A stretch of DNA of 55,792 bases, counting the filler, from Platydemus manokwari (taxonomy: Eukaryota): NCBI GenBank assembly GCA_037951405.1. It is 5 parts of 5 records of this genome, joined end to end, with 100 filler letters (N's around TTAATTAATTAA, not from the genome) between each part and the next. Parts side by side here need not be neighbours in the genome. Positions count along the whole stretch, not along the records: positions 36,549 to 46,376 come from JBBMOY011199987.1; positions 46,477 to 55,792 come from JBBMOY011266096.1; 3 more parts are not named here. One strand, written 5' to 3'. Shown here piece by piece: positions 36,549-50,834 of this stretch. A program made the translations under genes and the position numbers. Numbering within the stretch: the stretch's first letter is position 1; each line of letters begins with the position of its first letter. The notes below the pieces were generated by a model. That model was not told where the DNA came from and did no database searches. It saw only the letters and a list, made by a program, of their open reading frames with translations.

Positions 36549-39500
36549 CGTCCATGTCTACCTTCCATTGTAGACTCTGGTAGGAGGAGGTTGATTGAGG
36601 TGATTTGATCTTCTGATATAGGGAAGATATGGAGGATGAGCCAGTTGCTGATCGATTTGATGCATTGTTTTGTTGTGTTGTTGTTGATCCCACGTTCATT
36701 CTGCAACATTACTATTGTGTATATATTAGTACAATATAGTTATAGTTTTATTATTTGGTATGGCTGCCTGTTTTGATTAATGGTAGGGGTCGTAGGGGGG
36801 GGTATACAAACATTTCTTAATAACACCAATATTATACTTTATACATTAAATACTGTTATTATTATACACAATATTGTCATTGTTAATATTGGTCACTTGT
36901 TGGAACCCCAACAGTGGTATTGTCTGAGCTGGTATTTACCGAAGTTGTTTAACACTGAGTTTTACTAGCCATCGCATTGTTTTATGGTGTTGATGAGTTT
37001 GTTTGCTTTGTCAGAGGCGTCATTAAATTGTTCAAATTGTTATTTTTCATTTCAAAAAAAATTACTAATACTCAAAACATTTTTCTTATTGCGATCTCCA
37101 AGGGCAAAATTTGCAGAAATGGTAAAATTTGTTCGATAAATTCAAATCATAATTCTAAAAATTTTTAAAGTTGGACCGATTTATATTAATAGCAGTAACT
37201 TTAGCAACACATTTGGATTTTACATTGCTATCTTCTATAATTTTCTCTATTCTGTTTTTATTATTTTTATTATTATGTATCATATATATGTACACATGAT
37301 TAATTTTGCACGCAATTTGTATACCTTCCTGAACAAGAATTCCATTTACAAAAATCAAGCATACTAAATTATTTTAAAGATTCATTCCCATCGAATCGTG
37401 AAGAATTTGTAATTATCACAAATAAATGCTTATTTGTTTCTAGTCCGTCTGCCAATGTATTAAGTGATATTGTAAAAATAAACAAAAAGTACGGTAGAAT
37501 ATTTTTACGTGAGTGTATTGAGATACTAGGAAGAATGTGCATGGACTCATCCCTCGTTCAACACGGACACTTATGCTTGTAAGATGTCTCACAAAATTCA
37601 ATCTACAAAAATCTTAAAAGAAATTTCGAAATGTTTAAAAGTTGAATCAGTAATTGGAAGCGTAATATTTAAAGCATATTAAATCTATTTTGGGAATTGA
37701 AAACTTTGCATTAGCTTGGAATAGTGCAAAAAATTGAAATTTTTAGGCAATACACCTATTTTCTTGTTCGAAAATTCCAAACTAGGTAATTTTATTGTTG
37801 GGGATTTGAAAAAATGAGACAATTAATTTGAACATTAACCATGCATGGCCTAGTTGTATAGGAATTTGTTATTGTATAAATGTAACAATTTTTAAGTTTA
37901 ACAATTCAAGCGTTTATCGTCATTCCAAAATTGTATCAGTTTGGTTATTATTTTTAGGGTTGAATTGTAACAATTTTATGAAGGGCTTGATTAATCAAGC
38001 GTTGTATTTTATTTTATCTTTTTTTGATTAATTAAAAAATGTTAAATCAAGCTTTTGGTTGAATAATTAAAGTAATAATAATAATTTTATTTACGGTTAA
38101 TGAATATTTTCTGCAATTTTCAAGATTTAAACATAAAAAGATATTGAATTATTTATACTCTATTAATATGAAGTTAGCGAGCAAATTCTATTCTAATAAA
38201 ATAAAGGGGAAATCTTTAGGGAATTAATTTATTTGTACCGATTTTCATCAGTAATTCGTGACGATTAAATTCGTCTCCCGATTCATATAAATAGGGGGAA
38301 AACGTCATAATTTCCGAACTACCGCCTGTTACACAAAACCGTCTGTTACAATCGTGAGAGAACTTATCGTGTGAAGTCGTATTTTCATTCAAAGCCATTC
38401 TGCTCGCCAAGAAGAATTTATACAAGCCAGTGATTTTAAGTACATACTCGTTAATGTAAGTCCGATTAGTTCGATACTATAAACGCCGTGTATATCATTT
38501 CATTATGGAGCTTTGACTCAAATATCTTGAAAGGTGGTTTTGCTGCAAGAGTGTGCAGTCTATAAATCGTAAATCTTCCCGAGAAGCTTGATAAGGTTGT
38601 TCTTATTTTTGTCATTGTATATTTAACCATTGATAAAAGTAGTAATACATATAATTGTTTGGTGTAAATTTGGTGTCAAAAAACATTTTGTAGTCAACGA
38701 ATTTGTTATTGATTTGAGCAAAAATTGATAATATTGATAGTGAAGTTTTGAGACTGATAGAATTAAAATAGAGACTGGTAGTTTAGTTAAAATCTATATA
38801 GTGTTTGATATAGGAATAAATTTAGTAGTAAATATTGATCATTGTTGCCGTTTGATATTATCGTCATATAATATTAAACACGAGGCGAAGAAAGAATTAA
38901 ATAGGTTCTATAGTTTGTACGTAGGGCTTGATCAGAACCACGTGTGACTGATTAAGACAACAGTGATCATCAACAAATAATAATAATTAAGAGACTGATA
39001 AGATTAATAAAAATAGCAAGCTACAAACGCAACATTATTATTATCCATCATCTGGAAGTTTATTCTGCTAGATTTCAGAAAAAATTGTGTATAATAAAGA
39101 GGGATCCGTATTGTCAACGGATTCATCCACTATTATATTTTCTAAATTAAGTTAAATATATTTTTGTTGCTCGTTTAAATAATATTGATTGAAATAAATA
39201 TGGATTTTTTATTATTAATAAAATAAAGGTCAATAATAAATTTTGGTTATAGAATTCGCATTATCAAATTTTTAAGTTGCTAAGACTTCCATGGAGTTGA
39301 GTACTAAGGTATTCGGAATACTTATTTACAGTGTTAGTGGAAATCAGAGATAAATATAGTTGGATACATAGATATCCATACTAATAAATAATAAAATATA
39401 CTTATAAAAACATAACAATATAATTATAATAAGAAAATTACATAGTAAATATAATAATAAAAAATTTAAAAGTCAAAATTTTTTAATTTATTAGTCAGCA

Positions 39501-41296
39501 GTGACTAAATTAGACAATGATTCATATTGCTATGGAAATCAACCGAAAATCTATAGAAATTGAAATTATATTTCAAAAATCATCTCAACGCTGGAAATCT
39601 CCGAGAAGACATGACTAGGCGTGATTGCGCTTAGTCATTCACTCGCAAAAAATAGTTTGTAAACTGACTGTAGTCAGTCATCATCGCACAAAATTTTCCA
39701 GGAAAATTCAGACACAAACATTCTCAACCGTTAATTAGCAACTCATATTGCTACTCATTGAATATTCAGCGGAATCTTTGAAATTTATTTGATCGTTCAT
39801 TTATTCAATCATTCATAACTTGAAGCACAGTCAATATGATAAATTTCTTATTATTCATTTGTATTATTGTCTTTTCATCAATCTCCGATAGGAGATTAGT
39901 TGAGAAACAATAAATTCTACCTTATAAAGTCTGTAGAAATCATTTCAGCTTTTTTAGTTTCATTCGGATCAGGGCGCAATTAGACCCTTCGTCGATTTTT
40001 ACATTCTTCAAGGCACAACACTCAGCCTGTTAAAATCCATTTGTAAACTAAAATGTGTAATTCCGTATCAATAAAGTATTCTATCGTTTTTATTATTTTA
40101 TTACTTATTTATAGAACACCGCCTAATTCTCTGTTAGGAGTTAGATTTTTGGTGGAATTACCAATCATCTACTGTTAACGGACATAAATTGAATTAAGAG
40201 TTAAATCATTGGAGTTAACTAATTGATTTAAATCCATTATAATCACCACGTCAAAATTCCATCAATATCATATTATTTTTAGTTAATATTATATTCAGTA
40301 TTTAGTTTGTCTTTTCTTATTATTTAAATAATCCAAGTTTATCAATTGTCATCGTAAATAGGATTTTTAGTAAAGGAAATTGATAATTTATATTTCAATT
40401 TGAAATCGAACCATTTTTAGTTTGCCGAGCTCACAGGAAGTAATAATAAATAATACTATAACTTGAAAGGATTTTTGTAACAGTGACTTTATAACGCGTC
40501 ACTATAATTTAATTGAAATTAGACTAGTATTTATACTTACAAATGATTTACTATATGATATGAGACCCACCACTAATTAGCTTTATCTTTTTGACTAGTA
40601 TGAAACTATATTCGTAAGATAGAAAACGAGGCCAATGTTAATTTAAACGAATGATAGCCTATTACAAATCATCTTAATTCAAGAAGACCGATATTTATTC
40701 ATTTGCTTATAAAAATATAATATTTCAACTAAATAATATTGATCACATTTATTATTCTTAGACTTTGTCAGATATCGAGTAATATAATATAAAAGTAATT
40801 GAAATTCAAAATGTGAATAAATTAAATATTCTTAAGTACAAATTAAAAAAATTAAGTTGCTCTAAATAACCATAAAATTAGTAACTTTTATTAATAAATA
40901 TAAGTTTCTTACATAATAATTTTAGTAAAGAATTTTTATTAAATAAAAATGACTAAAAGTGATTTTCAAAAATTCCTTAATTTAATAAAAATGTGCAAAT
41001 ATCACGCTTGAATTGTTTAATAAATATTAACTAAACAAGAGACTTGTCGGTCACGGAAATTATCTAAGTTGGTATCTGGAGTCTTTCATTGCCAAATGAT
41101 CCAGTAACCACAGGTTTTGACCAGGTAAACATATTTTCTGAATAAACATTTTAAATTTAAGAATTTTTAATAATTAAGTCATAATTTGAGTTGTTTATAT
41201 ATATAATTACATTAAATATTTTGTCAACATTTTGAAATACTTAATACTAATACACTAATATATAATTAACTTTCCATAAATTTGAATTTAGATAAC

Positions 41297-44200
41297 ATGG
41301 AATCTCCAATTACACAGATTGGTATAGTAGCAGATAAATCAAAAGTGCCATATTTGTATACGATCGTTAGTAAATAATTAGATAAATTAATTTAATTAAA
41401 ATCTGGGAAATTATTGCATTCCAGATTGATAAATCTTGTGATGGATTGGATGATGCCGATTTGTGGAAGGACGGGTTTTTACGAAGAACTTACCGTTATC
41501 TTTGCTATTCAAAAGACCCCAATTGCCAAGTTATTTTGGATTCTATTGTTTTATTTATAAAAATTTTAGAATGTTTTAGTTGGTTTGCAGTTAATTAATG
41601 AACGAGAAGATATTCCTACGGGATTTGCATCATATGATCTAACTCTAGATTCGGGTAATTAATATTTTGAATCAATATCTTAATTAAAAGTTTTAAATTG
41701 AATTTTTAATATGATAAATTAGCACGTTACTTTGAAGATGTTTTATCAATTTTTGATTCATAAAATTTGTAAATTTTTTGTATCACTTATAAATAATATA
41801 TTGGAATTAATTGTTATGACTTCCTTTCAACTCGTGTTTTAATATTTAATTAATAATCTGATTTTAAAGTTCTGATAATGATTCGATTAATTAAAGTAAA
41901 TTGTTGTGTTTATCTTAAATATCAACATGAAATATATTTGCTTACAGCAATTTATTTAGTTTTTCTTATTATTCAAGCATGCATGGGAATTAAAATCAAT
42001 TTATTTTTCATATATAATGTCTTATTAATATAATCAAATATATCCATCATTCAAATTCGTGTTTTCACTGCCAATATTGACAATTTTCACTTTTTGAGTT
42101 AGTTTTATGAGTTTACAAAATTTTATTGTACGCAAAAGTTGTAATGGAAAGTGATTATTTAATAATTATTATCATAAATATCTATTACAAGAAATGTAGC
42201 CAACAATGTATTGTTTTGTTTGTTTTTATGAAGTATGTCAGTGATTAAATCAATAATATAAAGATTGTGACATTCATCACGGTGAAAAAAGTTAATTATT
42301 CAAACGATTTCAAATACAATTGAATTGACTTAATGACGATTTTAACTGGGTTTACTGAAAAACTGAAGTTAATCAAAACTGATTTAAGTTAATTAAAAAT
42401 TAGACAAATCAGATAATTTTTTAACACCGAACATAATTAGTCGAATTGGAAGTGTCAATCTATTTTTAGCTGTTGTAAATTCTTATTAAATGACGTCATG
42501 TTTCTCCAATCAGTTCAGCCAATCAAATTTAATTATTTCTTAAATTCATTTTCGAACATTTTAAAACTAAAAATATTTATTGTAATATTTTTCAATTGGA
42601 ATGATATTAAACGAGTTTGAATTCAATTATTATTATATTAATTATTATTGTTTTTTTTTATTATAAAATGATTTACATGTTTAAACCTGTCTTTTGCAAT
42701 GTGATTTGGATTAAATTATATGATGCAAAATTTATAAAAATATTCATAAAACAATCGATTTTTCAGGTGAAAAAGCGATGAAGAAAAAGACGTTATGTGT
42801 AAAATTTGTTCCGAAAAGTATTGCTAAGACAGCAATCACTGAAATCACTATTTATAGTCGCACGAAACGCATGCCACCAGGATATACGCTAGTGAGGTAT
42901 GAGATCAATTTGATATTCTGTTAATATATATAAATTCGATTGTATTGCACAATCATCCGATAAATATGTCTATTTGAACATCAATGTCAAAATTAATTTT
43001 TAAGATGAATTTTGATAATATAAGATTGGAACGAAAGTCTTGTCCGATAGAAAATAATATTTATTTAATAAATAAAGAAAATATGTAAATTGAGAAATAC
43101 AAACAAAACATCATTCGTCTGTAAATCTGAAATGTTGAAAATAGTCACCTTTAAGGCCCACACACTTTTGCTAGCGTTCTGGAAGTTGTTTAATGCCGTT
43201 TCCATAGAATTCCGCAGGCTTTGAAGCGAACTATTTTGCGAAATCATCGTTAACTTCTTCAACGGAGTGATACGTTTACCCATAAAGTGAGTTTTTCATA
43301 GAAAACAGGTGATAGTCTGAAGGGGTAATTCTGGGGAATGTGGTAGATGCGGTATTACCGTAAAAGCGATCTCAGCAAGCTTATTTTGAGTTAAACGTGC
43401 CGTATACGGTTGAGCGTTATCGTGAAGGAAATGGAGCTTTTCAAAATTGTTTTCACACAGCCGCTGCCTCTTTTCTCGAATCGCATCTACAAGTTTTTAT
43501 ATTATTTTCTATCGGACAAAACTTTCGTTCCAATCCTGTATATTCGACATAATAACGATATTAGTTATGGTATTATTAATAATAATTAATATTTTTATTG
43601 AGAGGTATTTGGTAATACGAAATCAAAATGCAATTACAACAAGTGCCGGTGGGCCGGTGACATAATGATGTTGAATAATGTAACAAATAATCGAAATAAT
43701 AATAATTTTGAAAACCACGCATAGAATTTCTCAAATTAATTTTTAATAAATGAGGTTTTATCAACAGATTTAAGCCACATTTTCGGATAATCAGCTTTAT
43801 TGACAGTTTTTCTGTGTTCAATTTTTAAAATATATTATTAAAAAGAATCTGTTTCAAAACAATAATTACATTAGATGTTGTCAGATATCAATTTATAAAT
43901 AATCAAAGTTCAAAAATAAAAATAAAATTATCGATTTTTCTAAATTTTATTTTATATTTTGTATTTATTTAGCTGAATTAGCTTAATTTAAATATGGTTA
44001 TCCATTTTTCTTATATTGGATCACAGCATAAAATATAAATATTTATTATAATATAACTAATGATTATCAAATAGAACAAAATAGCTTGTATTTTCAAATT
44101 GATTTATTAGATTCTTTCATTCTATTATTTCCAATGGTATTTTGTAGAAAAATTCAACGTTATTTTCTTACGTTATCATAAAGCAATTTATCGGAATAAA

Positions 44201-44985
44201 TATAAATACCATTTCAATCCTTTTAAATGAAAATCGATATTATTTTAACCACAAAAATTCGTGATATATTGTTTAATAATTTCTTATGTTTTAAAGGTTC
44301 CATAATATTAAAATTATATCAATATTGGTTTCGTGATAATCACTGCTTCAATTAATATGTTTTTTCTCCACTGAATTCATTACCTGACATGATTCGATAT
44401 TTGTCTTAATAATTCCATTTTTATAATCATCTCAGTACTATGATATTGATATCATTTGAAATGATTTAATTAAAACAAGCTCACTGTAAATTATCATTGA
44501 ACCCATTATTGACAATTAGCCAATTTAGGGATTAAAAATAAATTTATTTTAGTGAATTAAATAGTCTTTTGCTTGCCTACAAAGCAGTAGCCATTACTGG
44601 AAATCCTCTAACAGTAAATAACACCAACGCTGTTGACAATACAATGAATTTTGTTCCGAGAAATGATGATTATTCTAGAGCAACAATAGGGCGTATAGTA
44701 AACCGTTAGTTATTGATTTTTGGTCATAAGATCTACATCATGGTTTTTTGTTCGACCAGCTCTATCTGGAGTGCCATTTAATCTATCGAAAAAGTTCTCC
44801 AAACCATCCAATCAATCATTGAAATTGTATTCAAACATTGAATATAAAACTGCATCTCAGATTTACAATCAGGTAGGAATGTTGACATGATTGGGATGTG
44901 TTTATTAAAGTGATTTTTTTTTCTATTTTTTTTGCAGTACAATTACAATTTCGGTGTTGAAAATTCGGTGTTGCGAGATCAATGA
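41297..44985 (+). CDS. MVB12: MVB12/FAM125 ESCRT-I subunit (MABP + UMA domains), 7 coding exons, not in the ORF track
   Basis: Exons 41297-41365, 41425-41529, 41570-41654, 42767-42896, 44553-44704, 44760-44872 and 44938-44985 splice in phase. Translation includes PITQIGIV, DADLWKDGF...RYLCYSK, IPTGF, KK.LCVKFVP, PPGYT..SELNS, LSGVPF.LS.KF and YNYNF.VE. Confidence 0.93.
43021..43538 (-). mobile_element. Internally deleted mariner (DD34D-type) element in MVB12 intron 4
   Basis: TIRs of about 38 bp, (T/C)A(A/G)GATTGGAACGAAAGT(C/T)TTGTCCGATAGAAAATAAT, with TA on both sides. Remnant reads FLHDNAQPYTA..HLPHSPE..FASKPAEFYGNGIKQLPER..KCVGLKGDYF. Confidence 0.9.
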
Positions 44986-46376
44986 ATGTGAACAGGAAAA
45001 GGAACGTGAATTGATGTTCAATTTTATTATTGAATAAATTGATTTCTTCTGATTTGCTTTACGAGTTGATAAATTATTTCTGATTTTCTAGAAATATAAG
45101 CACGTCTTTTTTCAAATATTATTTTTTTTGATTGCATATTAGCACTTTGATTGACACTTATATTTGATTGACATTCTGTATTTATAAACAGCAATATATA
45201 GAAGAACATACAATCAAATAGTGGAATAAATTGCTGTTCATAAAGTGTATTTAAATTAGCAGCGGATTATAATCGTCGTATCTCAGGGCTTGATATTTTG
45301 GTTGCCATGGTAACACTGACCTGGAGTGTGGTGAAATTTTGTCGATCTTGTAATGAGTTGATTTGATTGTAATTAACTTTTTATTGTTAAATTATTTTCA
45401 TGAAAAAGTGACTTTTATTGAATTTGACAAACATCTGTGTTTTACCAACAATCCAGATTTTACACTCCGTTAAGGACCATGATATTATAGATGTGACTTT
45501 TTATTATACCTATGGTTATTAGTCATTTGGTTATTCCGTTATTAGAATCTTCAATAATTAAACCAATGATATGGTAAATAATTGAAAATTTACTTAAAAT
45601 AAACAAACTTGTGGTAGTTATTTTCATTAATCATTTATAAAATTAGATTACAAGTCAAAATGTAATAAACAATGTAAATTCCATAGTTACGATAATCATA
45701 ATCTACCACACATGGTAGTTAGAACAACTTTTACAGCAAGAGATAATTATAAATAATTATTCCATTTCTATTCTGCTATAAATATTTTATTTGATAAAAT
45801 ATAAATTGATTTGACCAAGAATCGATTAATTATCTAAATATAATCAAATTAGTTATCCAATAACCGCAACAATTGACGGATGAAATTTTTTTTTCTGATC
45901 ATGATACAAGCTCATTAATTTATCGGGTTGATGATAATGAAAATTTGTCATTGTTAGACTACGTGAATTTCATTGAATTATTGATTTGTAAATGAGTAGG
46001 ATGTCAATTATAAAAGAAGTTATTTATTGTTTGAGATATTGTACAACGAATGTGGTATGGCATTTGAGCATGGCTCTCAATTAATCTGAATTGATTTTGA
46101 TAAATTGTCGCATTATTAATTATATGGATGTTAAAACTGAATAATTTACGAATTAAATATCTGGATATTACATTCTAATTTTCAAAATTGATACTGGTAA
46201 GAATTTATTTTATTTTTCACTTTATAAGTACTCTTAATACAATGAAAATTTTTACATTTGCAAATAAACTAAATGTGAGTAAGTTCTTTTAGCCAAATAT
46301 GGCTAAGGTATAGACTACTCTGAACATTGTTTTATCAAACTATTTTTACATTGTTACCATGGTTACCAAGGTGATT

Positions 46377-46476
46377 NNNNNNNNNNNNNNNNNNNNNNNN
46401 NNNNNNNNNNNNNNNNNNNNTTAATTAATTAANNNNNNNNNNNNNNNNNNNNNNNNNNNNNNNNNNNNNNNNNNNN
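46377..46476. other. Assembly linker N44-TTAATTAATTAA-N44
   Basis: Same cassette. Confidence 0.97.
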
Positions 46477-46889
46477 AACACTTCTATATGATTATTTGAG
46501 TTTTTAAATTTAAATTTTTATAATTATAAATCGAGTTAGTTAATTACAGATATTTTTGATAATATCATTGGTTATTTTTATAAAATAATTGTAAAAATTA
46601 GAGTTTCTATCAATTTGCTTCTAATATTAAAACAGCGGTCCTCGTTAATTTTCAATAAATTGCAATTCGACCTGCTTTGATCAGTTTATCAAATAATCAA
46701 ATTTCAGGAGATTTTTAAGCTCTGCTGTATTTAATATTTGATTTCAAACAACTAAAATTCTTCTTAAGTACTTAAATAAAAAATTAAAAATATTTTTAAA
46801 GAATATAAATAAATAAACTATATAGAATTTTGCAATACACTCAACAAATTTAAAGTTTTATTTTGGACCCTTTCTTTTAACTTTAACTT

Positions 46890-46997
46890 GGTTTTATAAT
46901 ATATGATGATGTAATACAACAGGTTTTATAATATATGATGATGTAACACAACAGGTTTTATAATATATGATGATGTAACATAACAGGTTTCATAATA
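46890..46997. repeat. Minisatellite, about 3.3 x 32-bp GGTTTTATAATATATGATGATGTAA(T/C)A(C/T)AACA
   Basis: Units start at 46890, 46922, 46954 and 46986. Confidence 0.93.
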
Positions 46998-47904
46998 AAT
47001 TTCTATTATTTAATGGTTTCTATATTGATTTTATTATTAATCATAACTATTGATTTAATTCCTCCAATAATGAATCAATTAAAATAATTCAATAATCATA
47101 AAGATATTGATTGACTTTAATAATGAACGCTGATAATACAGTCGAACTAGATAGAAATCACTTTGCTTTATATCAATACAAATGTATGATATCAATGAAG
47201 CATGACTGTAATTGGGAAAATATACTGGTAATCGATAAACTCGAGTTATTGAATCACTTTGTTGAAATCAATGAATCGGTAAAGAAAAATCAATGACAAT
47301 GCCATAAAAATTTTGCGACATTTGAAAGAATATATATATCTTTATATAGGAAATCGATTTGTTATGAATATAATAGGTTTCAAATCAAAACTATGTAAAA
47401 TAATTATTGATATTCACAAATTCGTTTTGTTTTTGTCATCATAATAATATTTTTGTTTTCATATTAATTTCATTGGATTTTGGAATGTTTTGTGAAATAA
47501 TTGATTTTCGTGGTATTAATATCACTTTTATTACGTAACCGTCTCCATATCATGATATCAGTTTGATGTCTCACTATTTTTGGCGTCGAGATAAATCAGA
47601 TTAAATTAATTATTCATGATAAATTGCCTTTTGTTCATTGTTTTGATTCCATAAATATTTATTGATTTTTATTTCATTGATTTATAAAATAATTACTGAC
47701 ATATTGTTGCTAGTGGACATTGAATTGATTATCAATATTTGCCATTGATTGAGTTTTCATTGATCGGGAAATTGATTCTCTTCTGATGATATCACTTATT
47801 CATAAGTTTCATTAATCATGATCATTACATTGTAATTATTGATTGGCATTATATGAATAATATTGTCCATATAAATATTGGGTGATATGATCGATATTAT
47901 TCAG

Positions 47905-50565
47905 TCTAAATGGACTCAAGATACCAATCGTAACAATGGAAACAATGTTACCATCGATTCAAATGTCAGATCAAGCTGGGCTGCAAAAGTGTCTCTCACA
48001 AATGCAGAAGAGAGCATTCGAAATGCAGAATATAAAATCAAGGAAATTCAGGCTCAAATAAATCCCAAACGACTTGATTTGAATTTTGATAAAACTAGAT
48101 ATTTTGTCATTAAAAGCTATTCGGAAGACGATGTGCATCGATCGATCAAGTATAAAATATGGTGCTCAACAAAAGATGGGAACAGAAGATTGAATGAGGC
48201 CTTTCAGGTACTTTCATAAAATATAAATCAAATTATTGAAAACAAGTTGCCTGGTTAGCCAGTGTTATCCTGCAGTTATTATTCATTAACCTGATCTTAA
48301 GTTTCCCCATACTTTCATTTTAAATATCCACGAACCAGTTATTTAAATGTAATTTATGATCTAATAGTAAGGTTTTAACCGTGTTATCGATGTGATATTG
48401 TGATGAAGATTTGAAAAATAATAACTCTAATTGATTGTGAAATAATTCCTATAAAATCAATAATTTTTGGCTACTTATTTCTGCAACCAATCAATAAACC
48501 TACGTGTTGTTAACTATGGTTTATTTTATCCTATAAATTACTTCAAATCCCTTATCATTTTTCTTATTCGAATAACCTTCATGTCTTCAAACTATTCCAG
48601 CTGGTTTTTGTTTAGAAGCTTCATGCTCATCCGTAACCATAACTCAAAATTATTGTTTAAACCATTACCGTATTTATTAGAATCATTATTTAATAAAATT
48701 TCTATTTTTCTTTACCAGATACCTCATGGCTGCTTGAATTGAATACATTCTAATATCGACTGGTCACTAAAATATTGATTCTAACTCCAAATGCTCAAAA
48801 TTAAAAACATATCTTTTACAGCACTGTTCTTCAAAATGGAGATGGCGAGAAATTTCATTTTCAACCCTGACTTATATTAAGGTAAAATATCGATCGAATT
48901 TTAACGATTTGGAATTAGCACTGAGACCAGCCATCACCGAAATAGAGCCAATATTTGATGTTTTATGCCAGAATATGCAAAATCGTTGCCATTATTAAAT
49001 ATATTTTAACTTTTTGGTGTTAAAAAAATAAACTTTATCATTTTTTAATTTTAGTTCCTAGGGGTCTCGAAAAATTTGGACTCATAAAGTGGGTCGCAAC
49101 ATAAAGTGTGAAGACCACTGTTTTACAGAATGTATTGATATTACGTTAAAATGTTATTGAAAATCAATTATGCTGTTAAAATTCATTAAATATTGATTGA
49201 TAGCTTGATTGAACAAATATGATGAAGATACAAGGCTGAAGCGAAACTGTTGATTGTGTTTAAATATCAAATCTTTATGATAAACGGAAACGACGCCAAA
49301 CAATCACAACATAGATGTGTATTGCAGCCATTTTTATTATTTATTTGAAGAATTTTCTTTGAAAGTTCCTTTTCGATCTTTAGTTGCTACGATGATTTGA
49401 TCTACGTGAATTTATAGTTGATGAATTTTTCATAACGCTACACCCTTATGTCCTTCATAACTGGCCAATCAAATCTATCTCTTCACTAACATCCTTCTAT
49501 ATTAACGTCTGGTCTGAATTATTTCTCCTTATTTCCGTTAAATTCCTTCAGATAACATGACTTGAAGGCCTTTTTAATCTTCATTAGTAAATCTGGCGCC
49601 TCAAATATACATATTGATTTTTCGATCCATTTGTCGGTGTACAATATCAATACATGTATTATTAGCAACAATATTCACAATCGATTTTCAAATATTATTT
49701 CAATGTAACAAATTTAATGAAATATTGATTGACTATCGATTGAAATACCTGATATGAAATCACTGTTTTCATTGATTAATGTCCAATAATATTCAATGTA
49801 ATGATTCTTTGGAGATGTATTCAGTATATCAATATAGGAGATCATTGGGAAATTTATTGATTATTATTTTTCTGAGTGTAAATTTCTGTTATACCTCTTA
49901 ATATTGATTTCATTTTTCTGTCACTCCAATAATCATGACTCATATTCATGACAAACAAAAAGAAATCTTTCTCGAATTTTTCAATATTATTTCATGTTGT
50001 CGAGACTTTTTGTACTTGTGCAATTATTGATTTTTGATTTCTCCCAATAATCTGTGTCGATGAATTTATTTTTAGATTTTTTATTTATTTATCAACTCAA
50101 ATTGACATTGCTTATAAGAAAGATTTTTTTATACCACAGAATGCTCAGAAAATTGGAGGCCATGTGCTTTTGTTCTTCTCTGTGAATGGATCTGGTCATT
50201 TCTGTGGGATAGCTGAGATGACGTCGTGCGTTGACGAGAATGCTGACACCAAGGTCTGGTGCCAAGACAAATGGAGAGGTCAGTTCTCAGTCAAATGGAT
50301 TTACGTCAAAGATGTCCCAAACACTCAGCTGCGTCACATATCGACAAAGGTCAAAACTCAAAAGTCCGGTAGTGACAACACTACTGAAATCAAACCCATT
50401 ACAAATTTACGAGATGCAACTGAACTCAAATCAGAACGAACTTCTGGATCGTCATATAAAGATGATCCTGGATATCAGGCTTTGCGAATTATTATTGATT
50501 GCAAAAGCAATATGTCGATATTTGATGACTTTCTGCATTATGAAAAACGAGAGCTGGGAGTATGA
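47905..50565 (+). CDS. YTHDF: YTHDF-type m6A reader, YTH-domain exons 47905-48207 and 50140-50559/50565; N-terminus not identified
   Basis: [32 protein letters not shown] | ..[62 protein letters not shown]. The phase-0 intron 48208-50139 joins in frame. Confidence 0.92.
48822..49120. mobile_element. 299-bp hAT-type MITE in the YTHDF intron
   Basis: Perfect 8-bp TSD TTTTACAG at 48814-48821 and 49121-49128. Degenerate TIRs: CACTGTTCTTCAAAAT vs reverse complement CAGTGGTCTTCACACT (12/16). Subterminal GGGTCGC/GGGGTCTCG motifs. Confidence 0.8.
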
Positions 50566-50834
50566 TTTTATATTGAATAATTATCATCGATTTTTCATTG
50601 ACAATATTATGGTAATGTTAATAATATCGATTATTTTCAATATTTTTAAATATTGATTTACTATCTGATTTAGATGAAATATAAATGCGGAGATTTTATT
50701 AATTAGTATATTTATTAGTATCATTGATTATATTTGTCTTTAAATACTGAATTATTAGCTATATTGATCCGATATCATGAATCACTTCATCAATATTATA
50801 GTGCGGTTCTGTTTATAATATTTTGTTAAGAATA

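Noticed and set aside
14593-46476. Recurrent TTAATTAATTAA motif as a biological element or piggyBac target
   Set aside because: Always centred in exactly 44+44 Ns, so it is an artificial contig linker.
46890-46997. CRISPR-like 32-bp repeats
   Set aside because: Head-to-tail minisatellite without unique spacers.
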